Part shown: positions 19,290 to 29,012 of the stretch, piece by piece | Numbering within the stretch: position 1 is the first letter of the stretch | How the letters are laid out: each line of letters begins with the position of its first letter | DNA from: Natrialbaceae archaeon Tc-Br11_E2g14 | Lineage (GTDB): Archaea; Halobacteriota; Halobacteria; Halobacteriales; Natrialbaceae | Direction of reading: 5' to 3' | DNA length: 64,000 nucleotides | Assembly (NCBI GenBank): GCA_001564275.1 | Contig: LKND01000004.1 | Coordinates: forward strand, 2,419 to 66,418 | The notes under the pieces: generated by a model | Databases searched by the model: none | Told to the model about the DNA's origin: nothing | Seen by the model: the letters and a program-made list of their open reading frames with translations, nothing else | Program-made: the position numbers and the translations under genes

Positions 19290-20438
19290 ATGCGCATCAC
19301 CGATTACGAACTGTTCGAGGTCCCGCCACGATGGCTCTTCCTCAAGTTGACGACCAGCGATGGCACCGTCGGCTGGGGCGAGCCAGTCGTCGAAGGGCGG
19401 GCGAAGACGGTCCGCACGGCCGTCGAGGAACTGCTCGACAACTATCTGCTCGGGGAGGACCCGAGCCGAATCGAGGACCACTGGCAGGCGATGTACCGCG
19501 GCGGCTTCTATCGCGGCGGCCCGGTCCTGATGTCGGCCATCGCGGGTGTCGACCAGGCGCTCTGGGACATCAAGGGGAAGTCCTTCGGTGCCCCGGTGTA
19601 CGAGTTACTCGGTGGCCCCGCACGCAACCGCGTCCGCGTCTACCAGTGGATCGGCGGCGACAGGCCCCGCGACGTTGGCGACGCGGCGACGGAGAAGGTC
19701 AACGAGGGCTTCACCGCACTCAAGATGAACGCGACGCCCGAACTCCGCACCGTTGACAACCCGCGGGCGGTGGCAAACGCCGTCGACCGGATTGCCGCAG
19801 TTCGCGAAGCCGTCGGTGACGAGGTCGATATCGGCGTCGACTTCCACGGCCGCGTGGCCAAACCCATGGCCAGACGGCTCGCCAGTGCCCTCGAGCCCTA
19901 CGATCCGATGTTCATCGAGGAGCCCGTCCTACCCGAACACAACGATGCACTCGCGGACATCCGTGCATCCACGACCATTCCGATCGCGACCGGCGAGCGG
20001 ATGTATTCGCGGTGGGATTTCAAGCGTATCTTCGAGGAAAACGCTGTCGACGTCATCCAGCCAGACCTCTCCCACGCGGGCGGCATCACGGAGGTCAAGA
20101 AGATCGCCGCGATGGCCGAGGCCTACGACGTGTCGGTGGCCCCCCACTGCCCACTCGGCCCGATCGCGCTCGCCTCCTGCATCCAGGTCGACGCCTGCTC
20201 GCCGAACACGCTCATTCAGGAGCAGAGCCTCGACATCCACTACAACGAGACGAGCGACGTCCTCGATTACCTCGCGGACCCCTCGGTGTTCGAGTATCGC
20301 GACGGCTACGTCGACCTCCCCGACGGTCCGGGGCTCGGCATCGACATCGACGAGCGTCACGTCCGCGAACAGACCGGTGGCGTCGACTGGCACAACCCCA
20401 TCTGGCGACACGACGACGGCAGCGTCGCGGAGTGGTGA
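19290..20438 (+). CDS. dgoD: Galactonate dehydratase
   Basis: VPPRWLFLK, FYRGGP, DFHGR, FIEEP and HCPLGPI signatures. Confidence 0.9.
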   Translation: MRITDYELFEVPPRWLFLKLTTSDGTVGWGEPVVEGRAKTVRTAVEELLDNYLLGEDPSRIEDHWQAMYRGGFYRGGPVLMSAIAGVDQALWDIKGKSFGAPVYELLGGPARNRVRVYQWIGGDRPRDVGDAATEKVNEGFTALKMNATPELRTVDNPRAVANAVDRIAAVREAVGDEVDIGVDFHGRVAKPMARRLASALEPYDPMFIEEPVLPEHNDALADIRASTTIPIATGERMYSRWDFKRIFEENAVDVIQPDLSHAGGITEVKKIAAMAEAYDVSVAPHCPLGPIALASCIQVDACSPNTLIQEQSLDIHYNETSDVLDYLADPSVFEYRDGYVDLPDGPGLGIDIDERHVREQTGGVDWHNPIWRHDDGSVAEW

Positions 20439-20439
20439 G

Positions 20440-21267
20440 ATGACCCGACGACCAATACCGCTCGAGCACGCCGTTCCCGGCCGCTACGAGGACCAGACCG
20501 CCATCGTGACGGGCTCGACCCGGGGGATCGGTGCCGGGGTGGCTCGGCGACTCGCTGCGGAGGGCGCGAACGTCGTCGTCTCGGGTCGAAGTGCCGAGGC
20601 GGGCGAGGAGGTGGCCGCGTCGATTCGAGACGAGGGTGGCGAGGCCCGATTCGTCCGTGCGGACATGCGCGACCCAGACGACATCGCCGCCCTCGCCGAA
20701 GCCACCGCCGACCACTACGGGGGCGTCGACGTCCTCGTGAACAACGCCGGCGTCCAGACCGAGACCGCCGTCGGGGACGCCTCGATGGACGACTGGCAGT
20801 TCGTTCTCGAGACGGACTTCCGTGCCTACTGGCTCGCCGCGAAGGCTGCCCTCGAGTTCATGGACCGCGGGACAATCGTCAACGTCTCCTCGAATCACGC
20901 CCGCCAGACGATGCCCGCTCACTTCCCCTACAATGCCGTCAAAGCGGGGATCAACGGCATGACACGCGCGATGGCGGTCGACCTGGGCCCACGCGTCCGC
21001 GCCAACACCGTGGCCCCCGGCTGGATCGAAATCGGACGGACTCGCGAGGAACTGCCAGCGGGTCGCCTCGAGGCCGTGGAATCGATTCATCCGACCGGTC
21101 GCATCGGGGTCCCGGCCGACGTTGCCGGGGCGATCGCCTTCCTCGCGAGCCCCGACGCGGCGTTCATCACCGGGACGACCCTGCTCGTCGACGGTGGCCG
21201 CGGTGCCGTGATGCAGGACGACGTCCTGCCGGACTACCGAGCCCTCGAGGAACGGGCCAGCGAGTGA
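20440..21267 (+). CDS. Classical SDR oxidoreductase
   Basis: TGSTRGIG, NNAG and YNAVK (YxxxK). Confidence 0.9.
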   Translation: MTRRPIPLEHAVPGRYEDQTAIVTGSTRGIGAGVARRLAAEGANVVVSGRSAEAGEEVAASIRDEGGEARFVRADMRDPDDIAALAEATADHYGGVDVLVNNAGVQTETAVGDASMDDWQFVLETDFRAYWLAAKAALEFMDRGTIVNVSSNHARQTMPAHFPYNAVKAGINGMTRAMAVDLGPRVRANTVAPGWIEIGRTREELPAGRLEAVESIHPTGRIGVPADVAGAIAFLASPDAAFITGTTLLVDGGRGAVMQDDVLPDYRALEERASE

Positions 21268-21485
21268 GCGAGGGGCTCGGTCGAATCCACGGATTGTCTC
21301 CTTTGAAACTCCAGAACGCGTAGTTTCACACTTCGATTTTCGAAGTCACGTTATAGGCGATCGTCCCTTCGTCCAGTCTCAATCGGTCGAAAGGAGATTG
21401 GCACGACCCATCACGGTCGTTCCCGCACCGCCGTGGTACTACCCACACCGGGGTGGGGATCACCGGTCGCCAACCAAACCAGCCC

Positions 21486-23555
21486 CTACGAAACCTCGAG
21501 GTCCGCCACGATATCGCCCTCGAAGACGGTCACGTCGAACCCACCGAGGTCAGGCGATCCGATCACGGCGTCGACAGCGTCGACCCCGCCAATCGTCATC
21601 GAGTCACCCGAGAAGTTCGTCACCCAGGTGTACCCGCCACGTGCACCGACACGGATCCCCTCCGGCAAGCGCTCGCTGTACCGAATTCCCGCTCGCTCGA
21701 GGCAGGCGACCACCAGATCGTCCGCGAGGGTGACCTCGGGCCAAACGCCACAGTACACGACGGTTCCCTCACGACCCTCGTTTCGCACCACGGCGGGCCG
21801 ACCGGCGGCCACGTCATCACCCGCGTACTCGTGGGTGACGGTGACGGTGTCCTGGCCGGGCTCCGGCTCGAGCCACTCGGCCCACGTCCGGAAGTCACGT
21901 TCGACCTCACCGTCGACCGCCAGGACGGTGGTCTCGAGGTGGGGTGGCAACGATTCGTGCTGGTCGACGCGCGCCCCGACGAGGCCTGTAAGCGGACCGG
22001 GCTGGAGTTCGGGCCGAAGCTTGTTGTACTGGTCCTTGACGCCCGTCCGGGGACCGAACAGAAGTTCGCTGCCGCCCTCGACATAATCCGCCAACCGGTC
22101 GGCGAGGCTACCGGTGACGAGATGCAAGGCCGGGGCGACCACCAGGTCGTAGTCCTCGAAGTCAGTCGTTGGGTGGACGACGTCGACCTGGACCCCGCGT
22201 GCCCGGCAGGCCCCGTAAAAGGCGTCGAGTAGGTTCCAGTACTCGAACGCCGGCGCGTGAGGTTGTGCCGAGAGTGCCCAGAGATTGTCGTAATCGTGGA
22301 GCAGCGCCACGGAAGCGTCGACGGGGGCGAGGGTCTCGCTCCCGGCGACGTCCGTCGCCGAGTCCGCAGAGCCGTTGCGGATCGCGGCGAGTTCCTCACC
22401 CGCGGTCACGGCGTCGACGTACCCGCGGTCGACAGTGCCGTCCTGTTTCCGAAGCCCCGCGTGGTACTGCTCCTGTGCCTCGAGACAGCGACGCCACCGG
22501 AAGTAACAGACCGCGTCGGCCCCGTGGGCACTCGCGTGATGGGCCCAGAGACGCATCGCGCCCTCGCCAGGCTGGGGACAGTGTGGCGGCCAGTTGACGT
22601 CCCCGGGTTGCTGTTCCATCACCCAGAACGGCCGACCGAGTGCGCCTCGATAGAGGTCGTGGTCCATACCGACCTGATCGGGGTCGCCGGCACGCAGCTG
22701 ATCCGGGGTCGGATCGGTGCCAGCCTCGAGTCGATCCTGGGCGAACCCCGTCGGGTAAGAATCCCACGAAACGAGATCGAGATCCTCGCTCACCGCGTAC
22801 GCATCGAGGCTGTCGAATCGACCCATGAAATTGTGGGTCACGAACCAGTCTTCGTTTGCCGCCCGGAGCAGATTTGCCTGCAACCGGTTGTAGTCGACGA
22901 CCGAATCGCTCGCGAAGCGGGCGTACTCGAGCAACCTGGAGGGATGGTGCTCGGCGGCGGTGTGACGGGGCGGATCGATCTCGTCGAAATCGCCGTATCG
23001 TTGGCTCCAGAACGTATTGCCCCAGGCCTCGTTGAGTTCGTCGATGGACTCGTAGGTTTCGGCGAGCCACTCGCGGAACGCGTCGGCGCAGTTGTCACAG
23101 TAACACCGAACGGTGCCGTGGCACCCGTACTCGTTGTCGGTTTGCCAGCCAGCAACCGTGGGGTGGTCGGCGAATCGGTCGGCCAGTGCCCTGACGATGC
23201 GCTCGGTCTCCTCGCGGTAGGTGGCCGAATTGAAGCAGTAGTGACGACGGCTCCCGAAATCGCGAACGGTGCCGTTCCGTTCGACCTGCAGGATGTCGGG
23301 ATGCTCGTCCACTAGCCATTTCGGGGGTGTGGCCGTCGGCGTACACAATACGGCTTGCATGCCGTGGTCACCGATGTATTCGAGTGCCCGCTCGAGCCAC
23401 TCGAACTCGTACGTGCCGCGTTCGGGTTCGAGCACGGCCCAGGAGAACTCGGCCATTCGAACGTACTCGAGGCCGGCCTCGGCCATCTGTGCGACGTCGG
23501 TTTCCCACCGTTCGTCAGGCCAGTGTTCCGGAAAGTAACAGACGCCTGTTCGCAT
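21486..23555 (-). CDS. bgaH: Beta-galactosidase, GH42 (BgaH-like)
   Basis: GVCYFPEHW, RMAEFSW, DNEYGC (acid/base) and VMEQQ (nucleophile) motifs. Confidence 0.9.
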   Translation of the reverse strand: MRTGVCYFPEHWPDERWETDVAQMAEAGLEYVRMAEFSWAVLEPERGTYEFEWLERALEYIGDHGMQAVLCTPTATPPKWLVDEHPDILQVERNGTVRDFGSRRHYCFNSATYREETERIVRALADRFADHPTVAGWQTDNEYGCHGTVRCYCDNCADAFREWLAETYESIDELNEAWGNTFWSQRYGDFDEIDPPRHTAAEHHPSRLLEYARFASDSVVDYNRLQANLLRAANEDWFVTHNFMGRFDSLDAYAVSEDLDLVSWDSYPTGFAQDRLEAGTDPTPDQLRAGDPDQVGMDHDLYRGALGRPFWVMEQQPGDVNWPPHCPQPGEGAMRLWAHHASAHGADAVCYFRWRRCLEAQEQYHAGLRKQDGTVDRGYVDAVTAGEELAAIRNGSADSATDVAGSETLAPVDASVALLHDYDNLWALSAQPHAPAFEYWNLLDAFYGACRARGVQVDVVHPTTDFEDYDLVVAPALHLVTGSLADRLADYVEGGSELLFGPRTGVKDQYNKLRPELQPGPLTGLVGARVDQHESLPPHLETTVLAVDGEVERDFRTWAEWLEPEPGQDTVTVTHEYAGDDVAAGRPAVVRNEGREGTVVYCGVWPEVTLADDLVVACLERAGIRYSERLPEGIRVGARGGYTWVTNFSGDSMTIGGVDAVDAVIGSPDLGGFDVTVFEGDIVADLEVS

Positions 23556-24890
23556 ACGAAACCGTGACCCGGCAGCTACCTAAGCGTTCTCAATGCGGCC
23601 GGTTTCTCGAGGAATCCTGACTGGATTCTCGTGGATATGTGGGTTACGGCGGCGGCTATTTCTGTGGAACGTGAGCTCCATAGCCACCAGTTACTGGTGA
23701 CATAGATGCAATTCTCTCGCGGAGATTCGGTATAGCATCATAGGATATATGTGGTTGGCACAATCCGGATGTCGAGGCCAGTCAGTAGTCTGGATCGAGT
23801 TGTCATGAGAAATAGTAGCACAGACCTGGCCAGGGACTACCCGGGGCCTCGAGCCACGAGCAACCGCCGTAGTTGCCCCACCGGCCAACCCGTGTGTCAC
23901 CGACCTCCTCACGGACTGCTATTCAGTGCCACCGTTGGGCCATGATCGACCCGGCAGCCCTCGAGGGCACGACTCTCGAGAGGTCCGCCCCAGACGGGAC
24001 TACCGGACCACAGTACGTTCGTCGGGCGAACGGGGGTTGATCGGCCCCGACAGCTGTCGACGCCAGTGACCCCTGTCAGCGGCCGGTGGTGAGTGATGAA
24101 CCCCACTGCAGTGTGTGATACCTGGGGGGTCGTGGCCACGTAAGCAGTATCCACCCTTCGAAAGGATTCATCCGGTCCAGATGGTGTTCTGGCCAGTGAC
24201 TGGAACAAACCGAGGAGCGAGCTGGCCCCCACACGGTTGGCGGAGTGGCGAGCAGTGACTGACAGGTGCCACGGTCACTCGAGCCGCAACTCGGTCAGCG
24301 TACACATCGGCCTCAATGATGAACGCGGGCCGAGGACTCGAGTCCGAACCAACGGTCAAAGCAGCGCCTGCAAGCGCCTGTTGGGCACTCGAGTGGCTCA
24401 GGCAAAGGAATATGTAGAAGCCAAATAGAAGCGACGAGAGGCGGTCTGAGGCGGCGGTGACTGGGGTCAGTCGTGACCCTACGTAGATGGTCACAAGTTA
24501 CAGTCGAAACGACGTTTGGACCGTGAACGGGATCGCGTCCAGTCGATCACGTCCACCCACTGTGGATGTATGCGAGCGGTTTCGCCTGCGGGGCCAGCCA
24601 GACGACTCACCCCCGAATACGGGTCGCGGCCCAGTATCAACGCCCCGAGAGATATCTCGGCTTCGATGAGGCCAGCACACGACTCGCCACGAGATCGGCC
24701 TCGGGAACGGTTCGAGCCGAACGGGGCCATGGGCAGTTCGCTCCAATCGCAGGTATTCCACCAAGCTGGGGGCGGTTTCCAATCTCAACTGGTGGGGCTA
24801 GTTTCGTAACACAGTAATCCCAACTCACAGTATATTGGGGCCGTTAATCTGAGTTCAGAAGCTTATTGATCCGGTATTTTTGGTCCTACT

Positions 24891-24918
24891 ATTCCAGATA
24901 AGGGCTTTTATCTCGAGT
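24891..24918. other. Candidate dif-like Xer recombination site ATTCCAGATAA-GGGCTT-TTATCTCGAGT
   Basis: 11-6-11 inverted repeat, 9/11 arm symmetry, ATAA-N6-TTAT core, 40 bp upstream of DUF5805-xerA; also overlaps the likely BRE/TATA. Confidence 0.45.
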
Positions 24919-24958
24919 AACAGTGACTTTGATACTCCTCCGGTACAGACGGTCACCC

Positions 24959-25351
24959 ATGAGTGAGAGTTCGGCCACCGAGACCGTCGTCGTCAGGACG
25001 TACGTCCCAGCGTATCAAAAATCGCGCTGGGAGTCCCACGCAGACGACCTCGAGATGAGCCAGTCCGAGTATATCAGAACCATGGTACAAGCGGGGCGAA
25101 AGGGGTTCGAATCCGACGACGAGGAACCCCGTTCTCCGGACGCTACCCCTGGGGGTAGCGACCTCGAAACACAGGTCCTCGACTTGCTTTCTTCCGGCAC
25201 GTACAATTGGGAAGAATTATTGGCCACCGTAAGCGACGATATCGAAGGCCAACTCGAGGATGCCCTCGATACGCTGCAAGCTCAGGATCAGGTTCGGTAC
25301 AGCGGTCGCCACGGTGGGTACGTCCGGACGGGTGAGACGGATGGCAACTGA
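24959..25351 (+). CDS. DUF5805-like protein (RHH-like N-terminus, winged-helix-like C-terminus)
   Basis: VVRTYVPAYQK...MSQSEYIRTMVQAGR; overlaps the xerA start. Confidence 0.8.
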   Translation: MSESSATETVVVRTYVPAYQKSRWESHADDLEMSQSEYIRTMVQAGRKGFESDDEEPRSPDATPGGSDLETQVLDLLSSGTYNWEELLATVSDDIEGQLEDALDTLQAQDQVRYSGRHGGYVRTGETDGN

Positions 25352-26381
25352 GGCCGGTGCCAGCGAGGTCGCTCCCGAGGACCCCATTGGGTACTTCCTC
25401 GAGGAACAGGAGTTCCACGGCAAGAGTGAACGGACCCTCGAAGCCTACGAGCGAGTGCTCAGACGGTTCGAGACCTTCGTCGAGACCGAACACGACGTGA
25501 GCCCCGCGAGGGCCGGTCGCCGTGAGTGTATGGCCTGGGTACACTCACTCCGGGGCACCCTCGAGACCAGCACGATCGCCACCTACGCCTCCTACGTCCA
25601 CCGGTTTTACGAGTACATGACCCGTGTGGAGGCGTTCGACGGCAATCCGATGTCCCTCGTGATGGAGGAGATGGGCGAATCGATCGAGACGAACCCCACG
25701 CGCCGGGAGATCACGGTCCCGGAGATGCGATCCTTTGTCGGTTCGATCGCGCATCCACTCGAGCGAGCGGTGATCGTCACCCTGTTGAAAACCGGCATGC
25801 GGGTGGGTGAACTCTGCAATCTCGATCTACAGGATTGTCACTTCGATACGGGGCGTGTCGACCTCGAGTGGACGCCACGAATCCAACTCGAGCACCGACC
25901 ACGATCGCTATACGTGGCCGACGAACCGGCCGTCGGGACGGTCGTCAACGGAGAGGAGCGAACGGCCTCGAACAAGCGAAAACGCCCGACGGTGGTCCCC
26001 GTCGACGGGGAGTTACAGGCGGCCCTCGAGCCGTGGCTCGCCATCCGCCCGGACCCGGTGTCACCTGCCGATCCGCTATTCCTCGACACGGGCGACAGCT
26101 GGGGGGAGCGCCTCGAGCCCTCGGACGTACGCTATATCGTCGAGCGCCATGCCCGGCGGGAGGGCTGGTATCGAACTGGCGGTGGCGCGAGTGAGAACGT
26201 GACGCCCCATTACTTCCGGCACTTTTTCACGACCCATCTTCGTGATCGGACGGGCGACCGGGGTGTGGTAAAGTACCTGCGAGGGGACGTTGCGAACGAC
26301 GTCATCGACACCTATACCCACGACTGGGGCGATCAGGTGCGGTCGGTCTACGAGTCGAACGTGTACTCGATCGTGCCGTAG
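25341..26381 (+). CDS. xerA: Tyrosine recombinase, XerA/XerC-like
   Basis: TGMRVGEL (R), SNKRK (K), PHYFRH (HxxR) and DTYTH (Y). Confidence 0.85.
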   Translation: MATEAGASEVAPEDPIGYFLEEQEFHGKSERTLEAYERVLRRFETFVETEHDVSPARAGRRECMAWVHSLRGTLETSTIATYASYVHRFYEYMTRVEAFDGNPMSLVMEEMGESIETNPTRREITVPEMRSFVGSIAHPLERAVIVTLLKTGMRVGELCNLDLQDCHFDTGRVDLEWTPRIQLEHRPRSLYVADEPAVGTVVNGEERTASNKRKRPTVVPVDGELQAALEPWLAIRPDPVSPADPLFLDTGDSWGERLEPSDVRYIVERHARREGWYRTGGGASENVTPHYFRHFFTTHLRDRTGDRGVVKYLRGDVANDVIDTYTHDWGDQVRSVYESNVYSIVP

Positions 26382-26802
26382 GAATCTTTCAGCATTGCCC
26401 TCCCGAAAACCATTGCGAACTATGTCCGATCGCCACCGTATAAATTCTATAGTGCTATATTGAATTCTTTCACGATCCACAGGTGATTCTGCTCTGCGCG
26501 GGTAGATGTGTACGTGGTATTGAGAACCTCGATTGCTCCTGTAACCTCCATTTCCACGGTGTTGACGTGGTAGCGGGCACCCGAGCCACGAATGGTGTAA
26601 CGTGAGCGCATCAGTGTGAGGGCGGTGATTGACGTGGGAGTATCACGGCACGGATAAAGCGGTCCGGGGTATCAGACTCTCGACCTGCGTATGCTGGCCA
26701 GTGGGTCACCAGGTCGTGGAGGTGATGATAGTTGGAGGCCCGAACCACCCGCGAGCGTATTCATCGAGTCGGATCACCTGTGTGAAAGGACCATTTCATG
26801 TA

Positions 26803-26919
26803 CTATAGTAGCCACTGAGTGACATTGCACACACCCTCACGATACCATGGCGCAAAACCGGTGACAAACCGGTTCTGAGGCGTCTCGGAGGGTATAATTC
26901 GGTTCAGTTGTTACTCTAG
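26803..26919 (-). mobile_element. Palindromic MITE-like repeat, copy 2
   Basis: CTATAGTAGCCA...GTTACTCTAG; its reverse complement is close to the copy at 30413. Confidence 0.8.
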
Positions 26920-26925
26920 AGGGAC

Positions 26926-28278
26926 TTAGCGATCGAGTTTTCCCGCGAGTACCTTTGAAGCGGTGAGAATTGGATCCCAAACAGGACTAAACGGGGGTGC
27001 GTACGCCAGATCGAGGTTCTGGAGTTCGGAGACGGTTACCCCGGTCGTCACGGCGGTCGCAACCGTATCGATGCGCTTTGTGCCCTCGCGGCCAACAACA
27101 CTCCCACCCAATACGCGTTCGGTCTCTCGGTCGGCAACCAGTGTGACAGTGAGATCCGTTGCACCGGGATAGTAATGGGGCCGCGTCGGTGTTTCGATAG
27201 TCACATCGATCGGGTCGAAACCTGCCTCGCGGGCACGATCCAAATCGATTATGCCAGTTCGTGCCGCACCCATTTCGAACGCCTTGACGATCGCCGTGCC
27301 AGCCGTACCGCCGGTTGGGGTCGGGTCACCGGCGACGGTGCTTCCGATGGCCCGACCGGCGCGGTTTGCGGTCAACGCCAGGGGGACGTGATCTGGTTCG
27401 CCGGTCACGACGTTCGTGTCTTCGGCGCAGTCCCCAGCAGCGTAGATGTCCGTGACGTTCGTTTGGCCGTACTCGTCGGTCGCAATCGCACCCGTCGGCC
27501 CAAGTTCGATCCCGGCTTCCACGGCAAGTTCGACGGTGGGCTCGACGCCAACACCGACGATGACGAGATCCGCTGGCACCGCGGGCCCGTCCCCGAGTTC
27601 GACCGATTCGACCGCGTCCCCGCCAGCGAATCCCTCGACGGCAGTCTCGAGGTGGAGTTCGACACCCGCTTCGCTGAGGTGGTCCTCGATGATGCGGGCC
27701 GTCGCGTTGCCGAACGGTTGGAGGACGTGTGGGAGCATTTCGAAGATCGAGACGTGAATGTCGCGGTTGATGAGCGCTTCGGCCATCTCGATACCGACGT
27801 AGCCTCCCCCGACGATCGCCGCTGTTTCGGGGTCTCGACTCGAGATGTACGCCTCGATCGCTTTCGCTTCGTGCATCCCCCTGAGCGTAAACACGCCCTC
27901 GAGGTCGATCCCATCGAACGGCGGTTCGATCGCACGAGCGCCAGTCGCGAGCAGAAGATCGCCGTATGGCTGGTCGAACCGTTCGTCGTTCGTCTCGACG
28001 GTGACGGTCTCGGTCCCGGGATCGATCGCGACGACCTCGTGGCCCGTTCGGAGGTCGACGTCGCGGTCCTCGCGGAACGCCTCGGGAGTCACGGCGACGA
28101 GGTCCTCGAGGTTCTCGACGGTCCCCTTCACGTAGTAGGGCATCCCACAGGCCGCATACGAGACCCATTTCCCCTTCTCGAAAACGATCACGTCCCGGTC
28201 CGGGTCCTCGCGCTTTGCCTTACTCGCGGCGCTCATTCCGGCTGCGTCTCCGCCAACGATGACGAACGGTGCTGCCAT
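26926..28278 (-). CDS. CoA-disulfide reductase / NADH oxidase family flavoprotein
   Basis: GGDAAG, SYAACGMPY (redox Cys), GGGYVG, YAAGD and DLAYAPPFS. Confidence 0.88.
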   Translation of the reverse strand: MAAPFVIVGGDAAGMSAASKAKREDPDRDVIVFEKGKWVSYAACGMPYYVKGTVENLEDLVAVTPEAFREDRDVDLRTGHEVVAIDPGTETVTVETNDERFDQPYGDLLLATGARAIEPPFDGIDLEGVFTLRGMHEAKAIEAYISSRDPETAAIVGGGYVGIEMAEALINRDIHVSIFEMLPHVLQPFGNATARIIEDHLSEAGVELHLETAVEGFAGGDAVESVELGDGPAVPADLVIVGVGVEPTVELAVEAGIELGPTGAIATDEYGQTNVTDIYAAGDCAEDTNVVTGEPDHVPLALTANRAGRAIGSTVAGDPTPTGGTAGTAIVKAFEMGAARTGIIDLDRAREAGFDPIDVTIETPTRPHYYPGATDLTVTLVADRETERVLGGSVVGREGTKRIDTVATAVTTGVTVSELQNLDLAYAPPFSPVWDPILTASKVLAGKLDR

Positions 28279-28306
28279 GAAAGTCAGTAGGCTCGCGACC
28301 GCATAA

Positions 28307-28331
28307 AGTATTACGCAAAATTCCCAATACT
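28307..28331. promoter_or_regulatory. Operator-like inverted repeat AGTATT-N13-AATACT at the reductase promoter
   Basis: Perfect 6-bp arms overlapping the minus-strand TTTAT TATA box, about 29 bp from the ATG. Confidence 0.6.
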
Positions 28332-28542
28332 AGAGTATCGATTAGGGGCTATCCAGTGACACCGCAAACCGGGTGTCTGGAACACGCATTGGATCGAGAC
28401 ACGCTGACGATGAGATGGGTTTTATTCGACGTGTGCGTCGATTGTGGTGCCCTCCGAGTCGGGTTCGAGAGTCCGATTCGTGCCATACAACATATGCGCT
28501 ATCGTGAGTTCAGGGGCCCCATCCTCTGACAGCTACCAGAGT

Positions 28543-28567
28543 AGTATTGTGCTCTGTGCACAAGTAT
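28543..28567. promoter_or_regulatory. Operator-like site TATTGTGC-N5-GCACAAGT at the HTH gene promoter
   Basis: TTGTGC/GCACAA inverted repeat about 30 bp before ATG 28596. Confidence 0.6.
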
Positions 28568-28595
28568 TATGCCAGTCCGCAGCGTACGTTCGAGT

Positions 28596-29009
28596 ATGAC
28601 TGTTCGGCCGTCGATGACCGATCAGCTAGAACGAGACATGACGTGTGAGGGACTGCTCGAGTGCTTACACGGGCTCAACCGCCTCGACAAGGACTGTTAT
28701 CACGTGGTGGTCGAGAGTGAGGTCCCACTGACGACCGACGAAATCGCTGAGCGGGTCGACCGTGAACGCTCCACCGCCTATCGTTCGATTCAGCGGCTCC
28801 TATCGCGTGGCCTGCTCGAGAAGCAACAGGTCAACTACGACCAGGGTGGGTATTACCACGTTTATTCCTCGACGGATCCTGCACGGATTAGCACCGACAT
28901 GCGACACCGACTCAACGACTGGTATGCGAAGATGGGACAACTCATCCAGGAGTTCGAGGACGAATACGGCTCGTCGACGGACCCCGAATCGACGAACGGG
29001 TCCGACTGA
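28596..29009 (+). CDS. Cys-containing HTH transcriptional regulator (TrmB/MarR-like wHTH)
   Basis: CEGLLEC, LTTDEIAERVDRERSTAYRSIQRL and GGYYHVY. Start 28596 or 28614. Confidence 0.85.
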   Translation: MTVRPSMTDQLERDMTCEGLLECLHGLNRLDKDCYHVVVESEVPLTTDEIAERVDRERSTAYRSIQRLLSRGLLEKQQVNYDQGGYYHVYSSTDPARISTDMRHRLNDWYAKMGQLIQEFEDEYGSSTDPESTNGSD

Positions 29010-29012
29010 ACC

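Noticed and set aside
24168-24494. Minus-strand ORF with RPAFIIEADVY...VTVAPV, faintly PemK/MazF-like
   Set aside because: Similarity is too short and the composition is atypical; cannot be supported without a search.
26441-26466. AT-rich imperfect palindrome AATTCTATAG-TG-CTATATTGAATT downstream of xerA as a second dif site
   Set aside because: It lacks the ATAA-N6-TTAT core and 11-6-11 geometry; function unsupported.
28449-28508. Possible fifth degenerate MITE copy (CCCTCCGAGTCG...GCCAT...TATCGTGAG)
   Set aside because: Only short patches match; terminal repeats and the central hairpin are absent.
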